Assembly (NCBI RefSeq): GCF_001194135.2
Contig: NC_068981.1
Coordinates: 66,582,599 to 66,646,598 of the forward strand
DNA: 64,000 nt
Source: Octopus bimaculoides
Lineage: Eukaryota
Reading direction: 5' to 3'
Made by a program: the position numbers and the translations under genes. This document shows, piece by piece, positions 26,409 through 40,160 of this stretch (the stretch's first letter is position 1; every line of letters starts with the position of its first letter). The notes beneath the pieces were generated by a model that was not told the DNA's origin, did no database searches, and saw only the letters and a list, made by a program, of their open reading frames with translations.

Positions 26409-27519
26409 ACACCCACACACACACACTCATACTCATATCACAGTATTGACCAGACTATTGGATATTGTTATGACTTGGTGATTGTGAGTGCAACACTCTA
26501 AGCACTTGGCCACATGCTTTCACGTATATACACCTTATTTTGTGGCATGGAAGATGTACATCTTTTGTAAAGAAAAAATGCCTTGAAAGTTAACAAGCAT
26601 CTTCCATGATGCTAGATGAGAACTTGTTTGTGGATTTTCCTGAAATCAATGTGGTGATTTGTAACTGTTGTAATTGGGTGCTGGTAGATGGTCAGCATTA
26701 GTGAGTGTGGTATGATCACCATGGTGTATTCCATGAATAATTACAAGAGAGTTAAAGTGAAGAGCATAGTGTTGTGAACTGCATTAACACCCAGCAGCAA
26801 ACCACCAGTTAGTGGCTCTTGTCTAATGAATTCTCTCAACGATGGTGAGCATGAGCACTTTGCTATTTTGCCTGCCAATTTGTTTTGATAACAGGTATTT
26901 AGTGTGTACTTGTCAGACCCTATGATATAGACAGGACTTCAGGAAATATGAAAAAATTTTTTTCTTACCATTACTTTTCCAAAATCAGGGTGCATCGTCC
27001 ATGATGTAGCATCTATGTTACAAAATACAGTATATTATCATCATCATTGTCGTTTAACGTCTGCTTTCCATGCTGGCATGGGTTGGACAGTTTGACTGAG
27101 GACTGGCGAGCCAGAAGGCTGCTCCAGAAGGCTGCTCCAGGCTCCAATCTGATCTGGCAAAGTTTCTACAGCTGGATGCCCTTCCTAACGCCAACCACTC
27201 TGAGAGTGTAGTGGGTGCTTTTATGTGCCACCAAGCAGTTCTGGCAACGACCACGCTCAAAAGGTGTTTTTTACATGCTACCTGCATGGGAGTCAGTCTG
27301 GCGGCACTGGCAACGACCATGTTTGAATGTTGTTTTTCACATGCCACCAGCACATGTGCTGGTAAGGTGACGCTGGCAATGATCACGCTTGAATGGTGCT
27401 TTTTATGTGTCACTGGCACGGGAGCCAATCCATGGCCCTGGCAACAATCACTCTTGGATGTGCTTTTTAATGTTATATTTTATTTAGTTTATATATTATA
27501 TAAATTATATGATATATAT

Positions 27520-27820
27520 AAGGACGCATGGCCTAGTGGTTAGAGAATTGCACTCAAGTTCACAGGATTGTGTTTTCAATTCCTAGACCAGGTGCTGCTT
27601 TGGGTTCTTGAGCCAAATACTTCATCTCATGCTGCTCTGTGATCACTTCAACATCTGACGCTTGGTACACTGTGCACCTGTTCAGGCAATGTTGATTTGA
27701 TGGAAGGAGTAAGCTAATGTGCCTCACATACATTTGATCACTATAAACAAATTATTTGTGCAGGTTGTTTGGCAAAAACTGAACACTTATATGTCATCAT
27801 TGACAGGAAAGTCCATCATG
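27520..27820 (+). mobile_element. tRNA-derived SINE family D
   Basis: ggacgcatggcctagtggttagag head. A 5'-truncated homologue lies at 18018-18222. Confidence 0.75.
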
Positions 27821-28952
27821 TATGTGAGTGTGTGAGTACAGGCACAGCTGTGGCTATATAGTAAAAAGCTTACTTCCCAACCCCATGCTCTCAGTTTCAG
27901 TCTCTCTGTGTGGCACCTTGGGCAAATATCTTCTATTAAGCAGATCAAAACCCTTTGAGTGGATTTGGTTAATGAATGCTAAAATGAATGTTGCCATCAT
28001 ACTAGCAGTATCCTTCGTTTCCAATCTTTTGTGAAAACATGTCTAGTCATGGGGAACGTTACTTTACTTGGAAAGAAGTGAGGGTTAGTGACAGGCAGGG
28101 CATCTGGCTGTAGAAATCTTTCTTCAACAAATTCTGTCTGACCCATGCAAGCATGGAAGAGTGGATGTTAAATGATGACAGTGATAATGTACACATATAC
28201 AAATAATTGAGCAAGTGAAATAAAAAGAAGTACTCACTATATTATAGAGTATAGATATTTGTATTAGGTTTTTCACTCTGAGATACATTATGTGATTGAG
28301 AAACACACTTGATTATTTGGATACTTAATCCTAAGCATTGAATTGGTTATACCCTCCAGATCAGTGCTCTGCAACCATTATGCTGTAGCACCCATGAAAC
28401 GATGCTAGGTATGCTGCTGTGTAACCTGAATATAATTTTTTCCCTATACTTTTAGTTATATTTCTAGTTCAGGTGTGCTGCCGAATTTTGAAAAGATTAT
28501 AAGTGTACAAGTGAAAAAAGGTTTCAGAGCACTACTCTAGATAAGGCTGTGACTAATTCAACTCTCAGAAGTGTCAGAATAATCAGGCATGTTTTGTGCA
28601 TCTGTGATAGTTTAAATAATGCATATTTGATGAGATGTTAATACAAATACATAGACAGTGGTTATCTGTCATTTAACGAGGATTTAGTCAACTGAATTAC
28701 CTGCTCTTGAATTAATGTGTAAGAGACTGAACATTCCTTGAATGTCTTTCGTCTTTCACTGTTTTCAGTCATTTGACTGTGGCCATGCTGGGGCACCACT
28801 TTGAAAGGTTTTAGTTGAAGGAATCAACCACAACACTTTTTTTTTAAGGCTGCTTCTTATTTGATTGGTTTCTTTTGCTGAATTGCTAAATTATGTGAAC
28901 ATAAACAAACCAACACATTACCAAGCAATGGTGGGCAACAAACACTAAGTGA

Positions 28953-28989
<37 letters not shown>

Positions 28990-29441
28990 ACACATACAAT
29001 GAGCTTCTTTCAGTTCCCATCTACCAAATCCACTCACAAGGCTTTGGTCTGTCCGGAGCTATAGTAGAAGACACTTGCCCAACATGCCACACAGTGAGAC
29101 TGAACTCGGAACAATGTAGCTGAGAAGTAAACTTCATACCACAGCCATACCTGTGCCGACATCTGTACTCTTAACATAATTTTAAGGGAGTATTAGCAGA
29201 GTCTGACAAGGTTGCACTTCATCCATAACAGGTAATGTCCATCCAGTGGGCTTCTATAAAGTTTCTGTCGATGATATGATTTCACTCATAAAATATGGGT
29301 TGATCCAACTCTAAAAAGAAAAAGACATTTTCCTAAAATGCCATGCAATGGAATTGAACCCAAGAGCTTGAGGCTGTGAAGCAAACTTCTTAATCATTCA
29401 ACCATTCTATATATAAACACTCACACCATCACACACACATA

Positions 29442-29665
29442 CCTATTTCGTTATTGCCCACAAGGGGCTAAACATAGAGGGAACAAACAAGAACAGACGA
29501 ACGGATTAAGTCGATTACATCGACCCCAGTGCGTAACTGGTACTTAATTTATCGACCCCAAAAGGATGAAAGGCAAAGTCGACCACGGCGGAATTTGAAC
29601 TCAGAACGTGAAGATAGACGAAATACTGCTAAGCCTTTCACCCGGCGTGCTAACGCTTCTGCCGA
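29442..29665 (-). mobile_element. SINE family B (tail type 1), young copy
   Basis: Near-identical architecture to 45114-45343, CpG-rich. Confidence 0.85.
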
Positions 29666-29967
29666 CATGCACACGCACACGCACACNNNNNNNNNNNNNN
29701 NNNNNNNNNNNNNNNNNNNNNNNNNNNNNNNNNNNNNNNNNNNNNNNNNNNNNNNNNNNNNNNNNNNNNNNNNNNNNNNNNNNNNNNNNNNNNNNNNNNN
29801 NNNNNNNNNNNNNNNNCATTGCTACCACGGATTGAATTTGGGAGTAGCTTCAGGTAAAATGTCAACACTCCTTTTGGCACTGTGTAATCTTGTCTGTCGG
29901 AAGTGAAGCTGAACATTCTAAGATCCGACTTCCCTACTTCAAATAATATTTTCTTTGTCCAGATCCC

Positions 29968-30037
<70 letters not shown>

Positions 30038-30199
30038 TGTATATATATGTGTGTGTTTATGTATGTATGTGTGTGTGTGTATATATATATGTATGTATAT
30101 GTATATGGGCTATATGAATTTTCTGTTATTCATCTGAATAATAGCTGTGGAAGTTAAAGAAAATGGACTATAGAAGCAAAGATCAATTTCTCTCGACGC

Positions 30200-30560
30200 T
30201 TTTGAAACGTTTTAGCTAACAATTCCCATTATATTGCTGCTTATTTATTGAACAAGAAGCATTTTGGCATGAATTGACCATTTTAAATGCTTTAGCAATA
30301 ACAGTGGAAAGTGAAAGCGACAACATATGTGCAGTCTATAAAAGTAAAAGAAAAGAAATAGAACAAAACAAAAGAAAAAAAGAAGAAAAATAATTAATAA
30401 AAAGAAAAGAAGTGAGAGTAAAGAAAATCTTTTGTCATTTTCATGAATTGCCTTTATACAGCACTAGAAGATAGCTGAGAATGAAGTCCATCTTCAACAG
30501 TGATTATTGATAGTATAGCATTTACTGTCAAAAGCCATAAGTTATATATAAATCATTGGA
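30200..30560 (+). mobile_element. Possible hAT (ZMYM1-like) transposase remnant
   Basis: FWHELTILNAL..VESE and RVKKIFCHFHEL loosely resemble W..IL..IN..SK.LQS and RKVKRFFDEL. Confidence 0.25.
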
Positions 30561-30778
30561 GGTTGCAAGGGTGGAATTAGGAGGAGATTTGAAATAGCCA
30601 ATGGAAGAAGTAATTATAAAGAAAATTTAGTGGATCTCCTCCACCATTCTGGCTCTGCGTCACACAGAAAAACAAATAAAATATAAGAAATAAATGAGCC
30701 ACAACAAAGGAAGATAAACAAAATCCAAAATGAAAAGAATGAACAAAAGACTATATATATGTATGTATATATATACAT

Positions 30779-30809
<31 letters not shown>

Positions 30810-31849
30810 TAAGGTGCATATATAGCTGTCTGGTTAAGAAGTTTGCTTCAGAACCATTTAATTTGGGGTTTGGCCTCACTGTGTGGGAGCTGTCAGCTGG
30901 TGTCCTTTGGTTATGGTCACAGGTTGTTCAGTACCTTGTGATTGAAATTAGGAGACAGAAACTGAAAAAGAAGTGTATGTGCATGTACACACACACACAC
31001 ACACACACACAGATATTGAACAATGAAAATGAGTGCTCTACACCACATTGGTGGATAACAATTCTTATTTGTCGATTAAAACCACCACTGGTTTCCTGTT
31101 ATGGAAGCCCTTAACAATTATCATGCCTATCACATGGAACATCAGTGTTCATCTCCATTTTGGATTAAAACATGTCTGTCTGTCTATCAAACCAACCAAT
31201 CAAATTGAGGGAGTGGAACAGGTAAAATCCAAGCTACATATGTTTCTTAACTAGCTGACCTTCTGATGTAATAATTACTCAGTGAGCGTACTCAACTTAG
31301 TTATTCATCAGGCTGGAATACTTCTCAGCTTATCGAATTTCCTTGTAATTTCGATGTGGGAAAAAGTGTGTAACCTTCAATGATGCCAATAAATTGTTAT
31401 TGTTTTGTCCTCTTTTTGTTTACTATACCTGCCATGGACTGCTTGAAGCTTACAAACTTCCTACACTTGGATCCCTGTATCTTACCCTTATATGTTGATA
31501 TCTATCTATCTATCTGTTGATCCATCCCTAATGGAGGCAATGACCGAGACCTTTGACATTATGTTGTGCATGAGAAGAAGATCCATCATGCTGAGTAAAA
31601 TTGCAGTCATGGCAGATACTGGTGTCATGCAAATGTCATCTGTGCTGGTGGCACATAAAAACACCCATTACACTCTTGGAGTGGTTGGCGTTAGGAAGGG
31701 CATCCAACTGTAGAAACCATGCCAAATCAGACTGGAGTCTGGTGCAGCCTTCCAGCTTGCCAGCTCTGGTCAAGCTGTCCAACCCATGCCAGCATGGACA
31801 ATGGATGCTAAATGGTGATGATGATGATGATGATATATACATATATGTC

Positions 31850-32135
31850 TGTCTTGACCAGACTTCAGATGTTGTATACTGCTGGTCACAATGTGCTTCC
31901 TTGCACAGTTCTAGTTTACAAATGATGTTACCCTGCTGGCTTGGTGGGTAGGCCAACATTTCTCACAGAAGGGATGCCAGTCTATCACAGGGTTACCCAT
32001 TTACAGCTGAGTAGACTGAAGCATTGTGAAATGAAATGTTTTGTTCAAGAAAGCAACACACAGCCCAGTCTGGGAATTGACACCGCGAGCTTGTGATCAT
32101 GAGTGCAGCACCCTCATCACTAGACCCTGCACTTT
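31850..32135 (-). mobile_element. CORE-like SINE family E
   Basis: cccatttacagctgagtagactgaagc..tgtgaaatgaaatgttttgttcaaga. Homologues at 44385-44645 and 53410-53712. Confidence 0.7.
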
Positions 32136-33413
32136 TATATATATGTGTATGTGTGCGTGTATTTTCCCTCATCTCTACATGCATTCACTGACTGTAAACA
32201 ACAGTTTTACAGTTTATACAAAGAGTGTCATTTGCGAAAGCACATATGAGATTCTCAACATGTGTGATCTGTGTCAAACATGGCTTTCAATAGACTAGTT
32301 GGGGGTGAGGGTGGGACTATTACTTTGCTTGGAAACTGATGAGGGCTGGCATTAACAAAAAGCATCCAGCTGTAGAAAACTGCTCCAACACTGTTTGTTT
32401 TGACCAATGCAAGCATGAAAAGTAGATGTTAAAATGATAATGTTGATAATATATGAGGGCTTTTCATTGCTGTTTCTGCATGCAAGTTTCACTCACAAGT
32501 CTTTGGTCAGCCTAGGGCTACAGTAAATGACATTTACCCAAAGTACTGCACAGTGGAACTGAACCTGAAACAATGTGGTTGGAAAGCAGTCTTCTTAACC
32601 ATACAACCATGCCTGATTGGGCAACCACATATCAGCCTACACAATCATTAGGTGAAATGTGGTCCCAACAACCTTTTTTATGATTTTCCTATACTTGGCA
32701 TTCAGTGCAGGTTATAGAGTCCAGTACGGTACCAGGATTCTGTGTGAAATATTGCTGGTTTGTGTTCTGTCAAAGTATTGTTAAAGTAACATGGTAGAAT
32801 TGGTTGAGTGTTGGAGGACAAAATTCTTGTGATATTTGGTTACATCCTTTTGTGTTCTGAGTTCAAATCCTACCTGGATGTTTTCTTTTTATATTTTGGA
32901 AATTGAAGTAAATATCAGTCTACAAGTTAATTGTGTTGGTTTATATAAAAGGCTCAAAGTTTGAAAGTAGTGCTTTAGCATGGCCACAGTCCAATGGCTG
33001 AAACTAATGAATGAATAAAAGAATCCTTTTTATATATTCTGAGCTCAAATTGTCTTGTGTTTTGAGTGCAAATTCCGCTGCAGTCAACTTTGCCTCTCAT
33101 TTTGTTTTTGGTGGGGGCTTGATGAGATAAATACCTCTCAAGTTTTAATTGATTGTTCTACTGCACTACCAAAGTGGCTTTGGGCTGTTTATGTTAAAAA
33201 TTATTGGCAAAATTGTTACCCATGGGTAAAATGCTTAGTGGCATTTTATCTGTTTTTATATTCTGAGTTCAAATTCTGCCAAAGTTAACTTGCCTTTCAT
33301 CCTTATGGCGTCAATAAAAAAGTACCAGTTAAGCATGGGGATTGATGTAATCGATTTACTCCTCCCTCTAAATTGTTGACCTTGTGCCAAGATCTGAAAC
33401 CATTTCTATTATT

Positions 33414-33972
33414 ATTGAGTAAGAGAGCAGTGCATGCCATCAAAGTGACACTGGGGTAAAATATACGAAGCCTATTATACCCACCATGACTACCCGTCTG
33501 ACAAGGGTACACCAGGCACATGCATCACAACCATATGTGCGCGACATGGTGATCTCATATCAAGATAAACAGCGTATGACTTCGCAGGTGGGCCCAGTTA
33601 GAATTTTCTTCAGGTGGAGTAACCCATCCTGCTCAAAAGGTCCCTGAATAAGGTTTCTTTAAGGATGTTGAGCAAAACACTCATGTTTCCAATGGTGAAT
33701 TATTCAAACGCCAAAGAATTTCTCTCAACACATGGCTATGATGCTCCCCCACTACTTCTGCTCATGATCAGAGATGCACATATTGTCAGCCACAAAGGGA
33801 CATGCTCAACTGGTTAAGGTCAAACAACTGACAAGCAAATCTGTGGTATTAAGCAGAATATTTGCTGTAACCCATCTTTTATACCAAGACAAAATAATGA
33901 ACATGATAACACTGCCAATCGATTAAGATCAGAAGTAATGAGAGCCACTGCCTGGTACTGCATCAGGGCATC
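33414..33972. mobile_element. Non-coding retroposon-like repeat F (~560 bp) between (ATT)n tracts
   Basis: Second copy at 41680-42150. No ORF and no recognisable Pol III boxes. Confidence 0.75.
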
Positions 33973-33973
<1 letters not shown>

Positions 33974-34020
<47 letters not shown>

Positions 34021-34039
34021 GATTATCATTATTATTATT
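33974..34039. repeat. (ATT)n microsatellite; representative of many (AT)n, (CA)n, (CAT)n, (ATT)n, (CACG)n, (TATC)n and (ATGT)n tracts across the window
   Basis: Direct reading; e.g. 1-42, 6738-6823, 25999-26062, 26346-26405, 34861-34915, 37540-37614 and 47169-47275. Confidence 0.95.
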
Positions 34040-34074
34040 GCTTTTTTTTCTTCTTTCTTCAAATTTTCTTCCAC

Positions 34075-34232
34075 TTCTCGCCGAGTGTTTTCCATATACC
34101 TAGGGCAGAGAAGCTCATTGTATGCATTCCCAGTTTACACACACAAATTCACAAGTAAAATGTGTGTGTAAACTGGGAATGCATACAATGAGCTTCTCTG
34201 CCCTAGGTGTACGGAAAAACACTTGGCGAGAA
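34075..34232. repeat. Near-perfect inverted repeat (hairpin)
   Basis: Arms 34075-34145 and 34161-34232, with a 48-bp perfect core (34098-34145/34161-34208) and a 15-nt loop. Confidence 0.95.
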
Positions 34233-34266
34233 TATTATTATTATTATTATTGTTATTATTATTATT

Positions 34267-34790
34267 ATTCAACTTGACTCAGGTTTGATCTTATTTCTAA
34301 TAGAATTTATGTGGGTAGTGGGTTACTACCAGTAACCTTAGATATCCATTAGCTTTCAATAATATTGCAAGTGCTGAAAACTCTTCTGATAATCTTTCCT
34401 GTTCTTAAGAAACAAACCTTGTGTAGAATCTCTTCAGGACTATCCATCCCTATCTACTTCAACCATTTATCTATATCATTACTCACAGTCCCTAATGCAC
34501 CAATTATTACAGGAACAACCTTTACAGTTTTCATACTCTAAATTCTCGCAATTTCAAATTTTAAGGGATTGTATTTTAAAATATATTTTGTCCTCTTTCT
34601 TTACAACCATGGAATCAAACGGACATAATAGATCAGTCTGTAAGCAACTTTGCTTTCCCTTGTCTATTATTGTTATATTTGGTTTATTATTTTCTATCTT
34701 CTTATCTGTTTCAATTTGGAAAATCCCTTAAAATCTTGTGTTCTCTGACTCCAGCATTCTTTCAACCTGATGATTATTCCAAGTGCTTCC
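34267..34790 (-). mobile_element. R4/Dong-type non-LTR 3' end: restriction-like endonuclease plus 3' UTR
   Basis: KILRDF, QIETDKKIENNKPNITIIDKGKQSCL, KYNPLKFEIARI*SMKTVKVVPVIIGALGTV match KILWDF..TD...R.PDI...DK and VIPIVIGALGTV. Ends in (AAT)n. Confidence 0.85.
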
Positions 34791-34861
34791 AGCTTCAAAG
34801 CCCCATTTCTGATGACAACAACAATGACAATGATGACAACAACAACAGCAACAATAACAAC

Positions 34862-34916
<55 letters not shown>

Positions 34917-35621
34917 TGTACAGCAGAGCCTGTGCCGACTTCAATAAAGTCACTTGATCTATTAGATATAGCAGCTAAATTTCCTTTAATCACACCAGAT
35001 GTTCTGAAAAAGAAAAATACATAAAAAAAAAATCAAGAGACATGAGGGCTAGGATCTGCAGTGGTGTTGATTTGCCTTTGAAGAAGCTGTTTTGGTTCTG
35101 TCATAGGAAGGGATCAATATTAGTTTATCATTATTTAGTGTCTGTTGTCCATTTCTGTTTACCAATTTTCTTAAATAACGTGGTCCAAAATTCCCATAAA
35201 AAGATATTTTTACAGCAGCTGGATTGTGTTTTGATTTGAAGTTTACTAAATCAAGGCTGACGTGTCGTTAAATAACAACAACAATTAATACTTAATTTAC
35301 TGACCAGTTTCTTTTTGAATAATAAAAAGTAAAGTTGAGCCTCACATGATTTGAACTCATAACAACAAGGCAAGTAGTGGGTTTTAGATAACATGAAATA
35401 TTCAGTTTAATGTTTCTTCAGCCTCCGCCAGCTATAATGATGACAGTTATGATGATGGAAACAGTGATACTTATGCAGATGGTGGTAGTGATGGTAAAAA
35501 TTATGTAACTTTCATAAGAAAATTGTTCAGAAATGAAGATGTTGAGAAATCTACACAAGAGATGGCTACAGAATATTGCAGTAAAATATTTTAGCTAAAC
35601 CCACACATATAATATATATAT

Positions 35622-35666
<45 letters not shown>

Positions 35667-37337
35667 ATTGTATATGCGTAAATATATATATATTTTTTGT
35701 GTGTGTGTATGTATATANNNNNNNNNNNNNNNNNNNNNNNNNNNNNNNNNNNNNNNNNNNNNNNNNNNNNNNNNNNNNNNNNNNNNNNNNNNNNNNNNNN
35801 NNNNNNNNNNNNNNNNNNNNNNNNNNNNNNNNNNNNNNNNNNNNNNNNNNNNNNNNNNNNNNNNNNNNNNNNNNNNNNNNNNNNNNNNNNNNNNNNNNNN
35901 NNNNNNNNNNNNNNNNNNNNNNNNNNNNNNNNNNNNNNNNNNNNNNNNNNNNNNNNNNNNNNNNNNNNNNNNNNNNNNNNNNNNNNNNNNNNNNNNNNNN
36001 NNNNNNNNNNNNNNNNNNNNNNNNNNNATAACATCTATCATTCTATCATGTGACCTTAAAATACAACATTAACAAAAATAGGAGGAAAAAAAATATGAGC
36101 CAAAAAAAAAATATGAACCAAAAAAAAAAAAAATTCAGGAAAGCATGCCAAGCAGAACTAAAATAATAAAAAACCCCCCTCACTCTTAGTAAGTTTCCTG
36201 TTTCATAGATAGCAGAAAACATTATTGATAATATATGTATGTATGTGTATATACAACTGAGTAATAATATGAAAAAATAATAAAAAATAAAAATGGTAAA
36301 GAATATGTAAAAAAACTAAATACTGATCAAGGGAAACGCATTTATAATGGAAGTATATTGTGAAATACTATTTTTCTCTACCATATTACAACCTGTCTTT
36401 GAAATGTATGTAATATGTCTGTATGTATGTGTCTGTGTTGAAACACATGCATACATACTGTTTTTGTTGCTGTTGTTGTTGTTGTTTTTATCTGAAAGAA
36501 CTACTCAATAAATTGGTTGACCTTTTAATATGTAAGTTTTGATGCAGTATGTCTGGCTTACTGACCATAAGTAAGTTAAGTATAAATAAAGTTCAAATTC
36601 TTCTTGAATAAATGGTAAACACCCACACGCACACATGTATACATATATGCATGCATGCACACATGTATGTACATATGCACAAAATGGTATGTGTTCCAAG
36701 CATTTATGCAAAAACAATGTAACATGTGGGACTTTAAATAGAAAGTAAGATGGTAGAGGAAGAAAAATAAAGTCCCATTCACCCCAAACGAGGTGGGGGA
36801 GGGGTGAGAGAAAGGAAAGAGATTGCACTTAGCAACTGCATTGAATAAAATGTCTTCTTCAGTAATGAAAAAAAAAAAAAATTAACAAAACCTATAAAAA
36901 AAATAAAGAATGTAAATGAATTAAGAAAAGAAAAGTGACCAATGTTTAAAATCTATTAGGAATGTAAATCGGCAGTTGAAATGCATTTATCTTTAGTCTT
37001 GGAAAGTATGGAGCTCTCAGAAAATATTCTTTTTCCAACTCATCTGATTGATTTCAGACAAGTGAAATCCCTTAAGGTTTTTTAAATATATGTTGAAAAT
37101 GCCTGAAATTATGTATCAGAGTCTCTTATGGTCTTTGTTTTTTGTTTTGTTACCATTTTAAACATTCAGTGAAAATGTCTGAAAGCATATATCCAAAAGA
37201 ATACAAGATTGTATGTCTGAATCTTCATCGAAACAATCAAAAGTAAATTTAAGATTAAGAGAAAACAACAAAAAACCAGTACATTTGTCCAGTGATTTCC
37301 TAAGCATTGCTTAGATTAACCGTAATATACTACTACA

Positions 37338-37533
37338 TAGGTGCAGGCATGGCTGTGTAAAAAGAAACTTTCTCCCCAACCACATGGTTCCAGGTTTAGT
37401 CCCACTACGTGGCACCTTGGGCAAGTGTCTTACACAATAGCCTTGGGCCAACCAAAGACTTGTGAGTGGATTTGGTTGCTAGAAACTGAAAGAAGCCCAT
37501 CATATTTATATGTGTGTGTGCGTGCATGCGTGT

Positions 37534-37617
<84 letters not shown>

Positions 37618-37810
37618 TCTTGTGTTTGTCCCTCCTATCACCACTTGACAACCAGTATCGGTTTGTTTATGTCCCTGTAAATTAGCTGTTCGGCAAAAGA
37701 GACCAATAGAATAAGTACTGGAGTTGAATTCTTTGACTGAAACCCTGTAAGGCAGTGCTCCAGCATGACTGCAGTCAAATGACTGAAACATGTAAGAGAA
37801 TAAAAGAATA
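37338..37810 (+). mobile_element. SINE family A, full-length copy
   Basis: Head, CORE-like centre, long (TG)n and 3' tail are all present. Confidence 0.85.
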
Positions 37811-38061
37811 CTGTCCATTTAATTGGTTGTACTAACTCCTTGGTTGTTATTGGCAGAAGTTTTAGAGAATTTGTGTAAGTGTGGCTCTGTGGTTAAGAAG
37901 TTTGCTTCCCAACTCCATGGTTCTAGGTTCAGTTCCACTATTGGCACCTTGGGCAAGTGTCTTTTACTATAGCCATGTGCTGACTAAAGCCTTGTGAGTG
38001 GATTTGGTAGATGTATGTGTGTGTGTGCATGTATATGTATATTCAAGCCATGTCCCCCCAC

Positions 38062-38094
<33 letters not shown>

Positions 38095-38108
38095 CATATA
38101 TATATATG

Positions 38109-38150
<42 letters not shown>

Positions 38151-39377
38151 GCATCTGCTTTCCATGCTGGCATAGGTTGGATGGTTTGATCAGAGCTGGC
38201 AAGCTGGGAAGCAGCACCAGGTTCCAGTTTGATTTGGCTTGGTTTCTATGGCTGGATGCCATTCCTAATGGCAACTGCTTTACAGTGTGTGCTGGGTGCT
38301 CTTAACATACCACCAGCATGAACACACTATCATGTGGCACTGGCACGTGTGCTTTTTACTTGGCACTGGCACAAGCCAGTACGTACGTACGTACGTATGT
38401 ATGTATGTATGTATTTATGTATGTATGTATGTATGTATGTATGCATTCATGTATGTATACGTATGTATGTGAGTGGAGTATGTTTGCATCTATATCTTGA
38501 CATCATGTGTTTTAAATGAATGACATTCATTTCTAGTACTCTGCAATTATATTTCTGGCCATGGGGTAAATATTACCTTACTTGGAAACAGGTAAGGGTT
38601 GGTGATAGGAAGAGCATCCAGCCATGCAAAAATCTGCCTTGATAAACTCTGTGCAACCTTTGCAAGCATGCAAAAATACATTAAAATGATGATGATTATT
38701 GGAGAAAAAATACCTTGCACTATTTAGTTAAGGCCTTTCATATTCTGACTTCAAATCCTGCAAATGTCAATTTTTCCTTTCATCTTTCCAGCGTCATTAA
38801 AATAAAGTATCAGCCAAGTACTGAGCTCTGAATAATCAACTATACCTCTCATGTTAAATTTCTGGCCTTGTGTCAGTTTTAGAAACAATTATGGGTGGAG
38901 GGATCATTAGTTCGTCAAATGAAATGCTATGCAGTATTTAGTTGCACTACATTTTGTTCTTAGTTCAGACCCTACTGAGGTCAACTTTGCTTTTAATTCT
39001 TCTGGGATCAATAAAATACCTTCTAGTACTGAGGTCATTCTAATCAGCTAAACCTTGTCCTTTAAAATTACTGTTCTTATATCTAAATCAGGAACAATTA
39101 TTATTTAACATTTAGTATCACGGAGATGTACTTGCATAGCAAGTTACTTGATCTGAGATTATGTGCTGAAACAAAAACAATTGCAGCATGAAAGATGTTT
39201 GTAAGCCATTTAAGAACACACAAAAAAACATTAGATTCACTTCAACATTTAAGTTTAATTTGTGTCAAAATATTTTCATTGCTTTGAAACTGCAACCTGT
39301 TCACTGACAGAACTTTGTGCTGCATCTGAGAAAGTAACAGTTAGTTCATGATATATATGTGTTTATGTACGTATATA

Positions 39378-39412
<35 letters not shown>

Positions 39413-39619
39413 ATGTATGTGTGTATGTACGTACATGCGTATATATGTACGTGTGTATGTATGTGTGCATGTATGCATGTATATACGCATATACACATGT
39501 ATGTACGTATGTATGTATATATATATGTATGTGAGTATTTATGTATGTAAGTGTGTAGATGTGTCTGTGTGTGTGTATATGTGTATGTACATGTAAATGT
39601 ATGTTTATGTACTGATATG

Positions 39620-40160
39620 TGTTGTTTCAGTTAAATTTCTACTGCATCACCTGCTACACCTCCATGTTGCTGGGGTGTGTGCAGCATTGTGTTGGGAGAA
39701 TGCAAGCTCTCCCTGGTATTGTATTGCATCTGTTTGTTTTGTTATGGGGCTTAGTTGCAGTCTTTTGTTGTATTAACGTTTGTATTTTGTGTTCTTTATG
39801 TAATGTGAGTTGTGTTCTTCTGTTGGGTATTGGACCTGTTGGTGGTTGTTTATTTAATTGGATATTTGCTATATAATGTGTCTCTTGTGTTTGTGGATTG
39901 TTTTGTTTGGGTTGTATAATTGAATTAATAGTGTCTCCCATAGGATGTGGGCTGTTCCTAGCAGGGCTATTTTTTTGGATAGTTGTAGCGTTGCAAATTC
40001 AGGTATAGCTTCTATGTTTATGTTCATATGTTTTTTTTAATCATACCCAATGCTCCAATTATTACTGATATTGTTTTCACCTTTATGCCCCATATTTTGA
40101 ATACTTCAATTTTGAGGTCTTTGTGCTTTGACATTTTCTCTACGTCTTTTTTTTGGAGCA
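39620..40160 (-). mobile_element. R4/Dong-type 3' fragment (second subfamily)
   Basis: EKMSKHKDLKIEVFKIWGIKVKTISVIIGALGMIKK...KKIALLGTAHIL, followed by a 3' UTR. Confidence 0.8.

Noticed and set aside
33920-33972. Short matches of repeat F to U2 snRNA (taagatca; cctggta.tgca)
   Set aside because: Only 8-12 nt each, with wrong spacing and no Sm site; insufficient.
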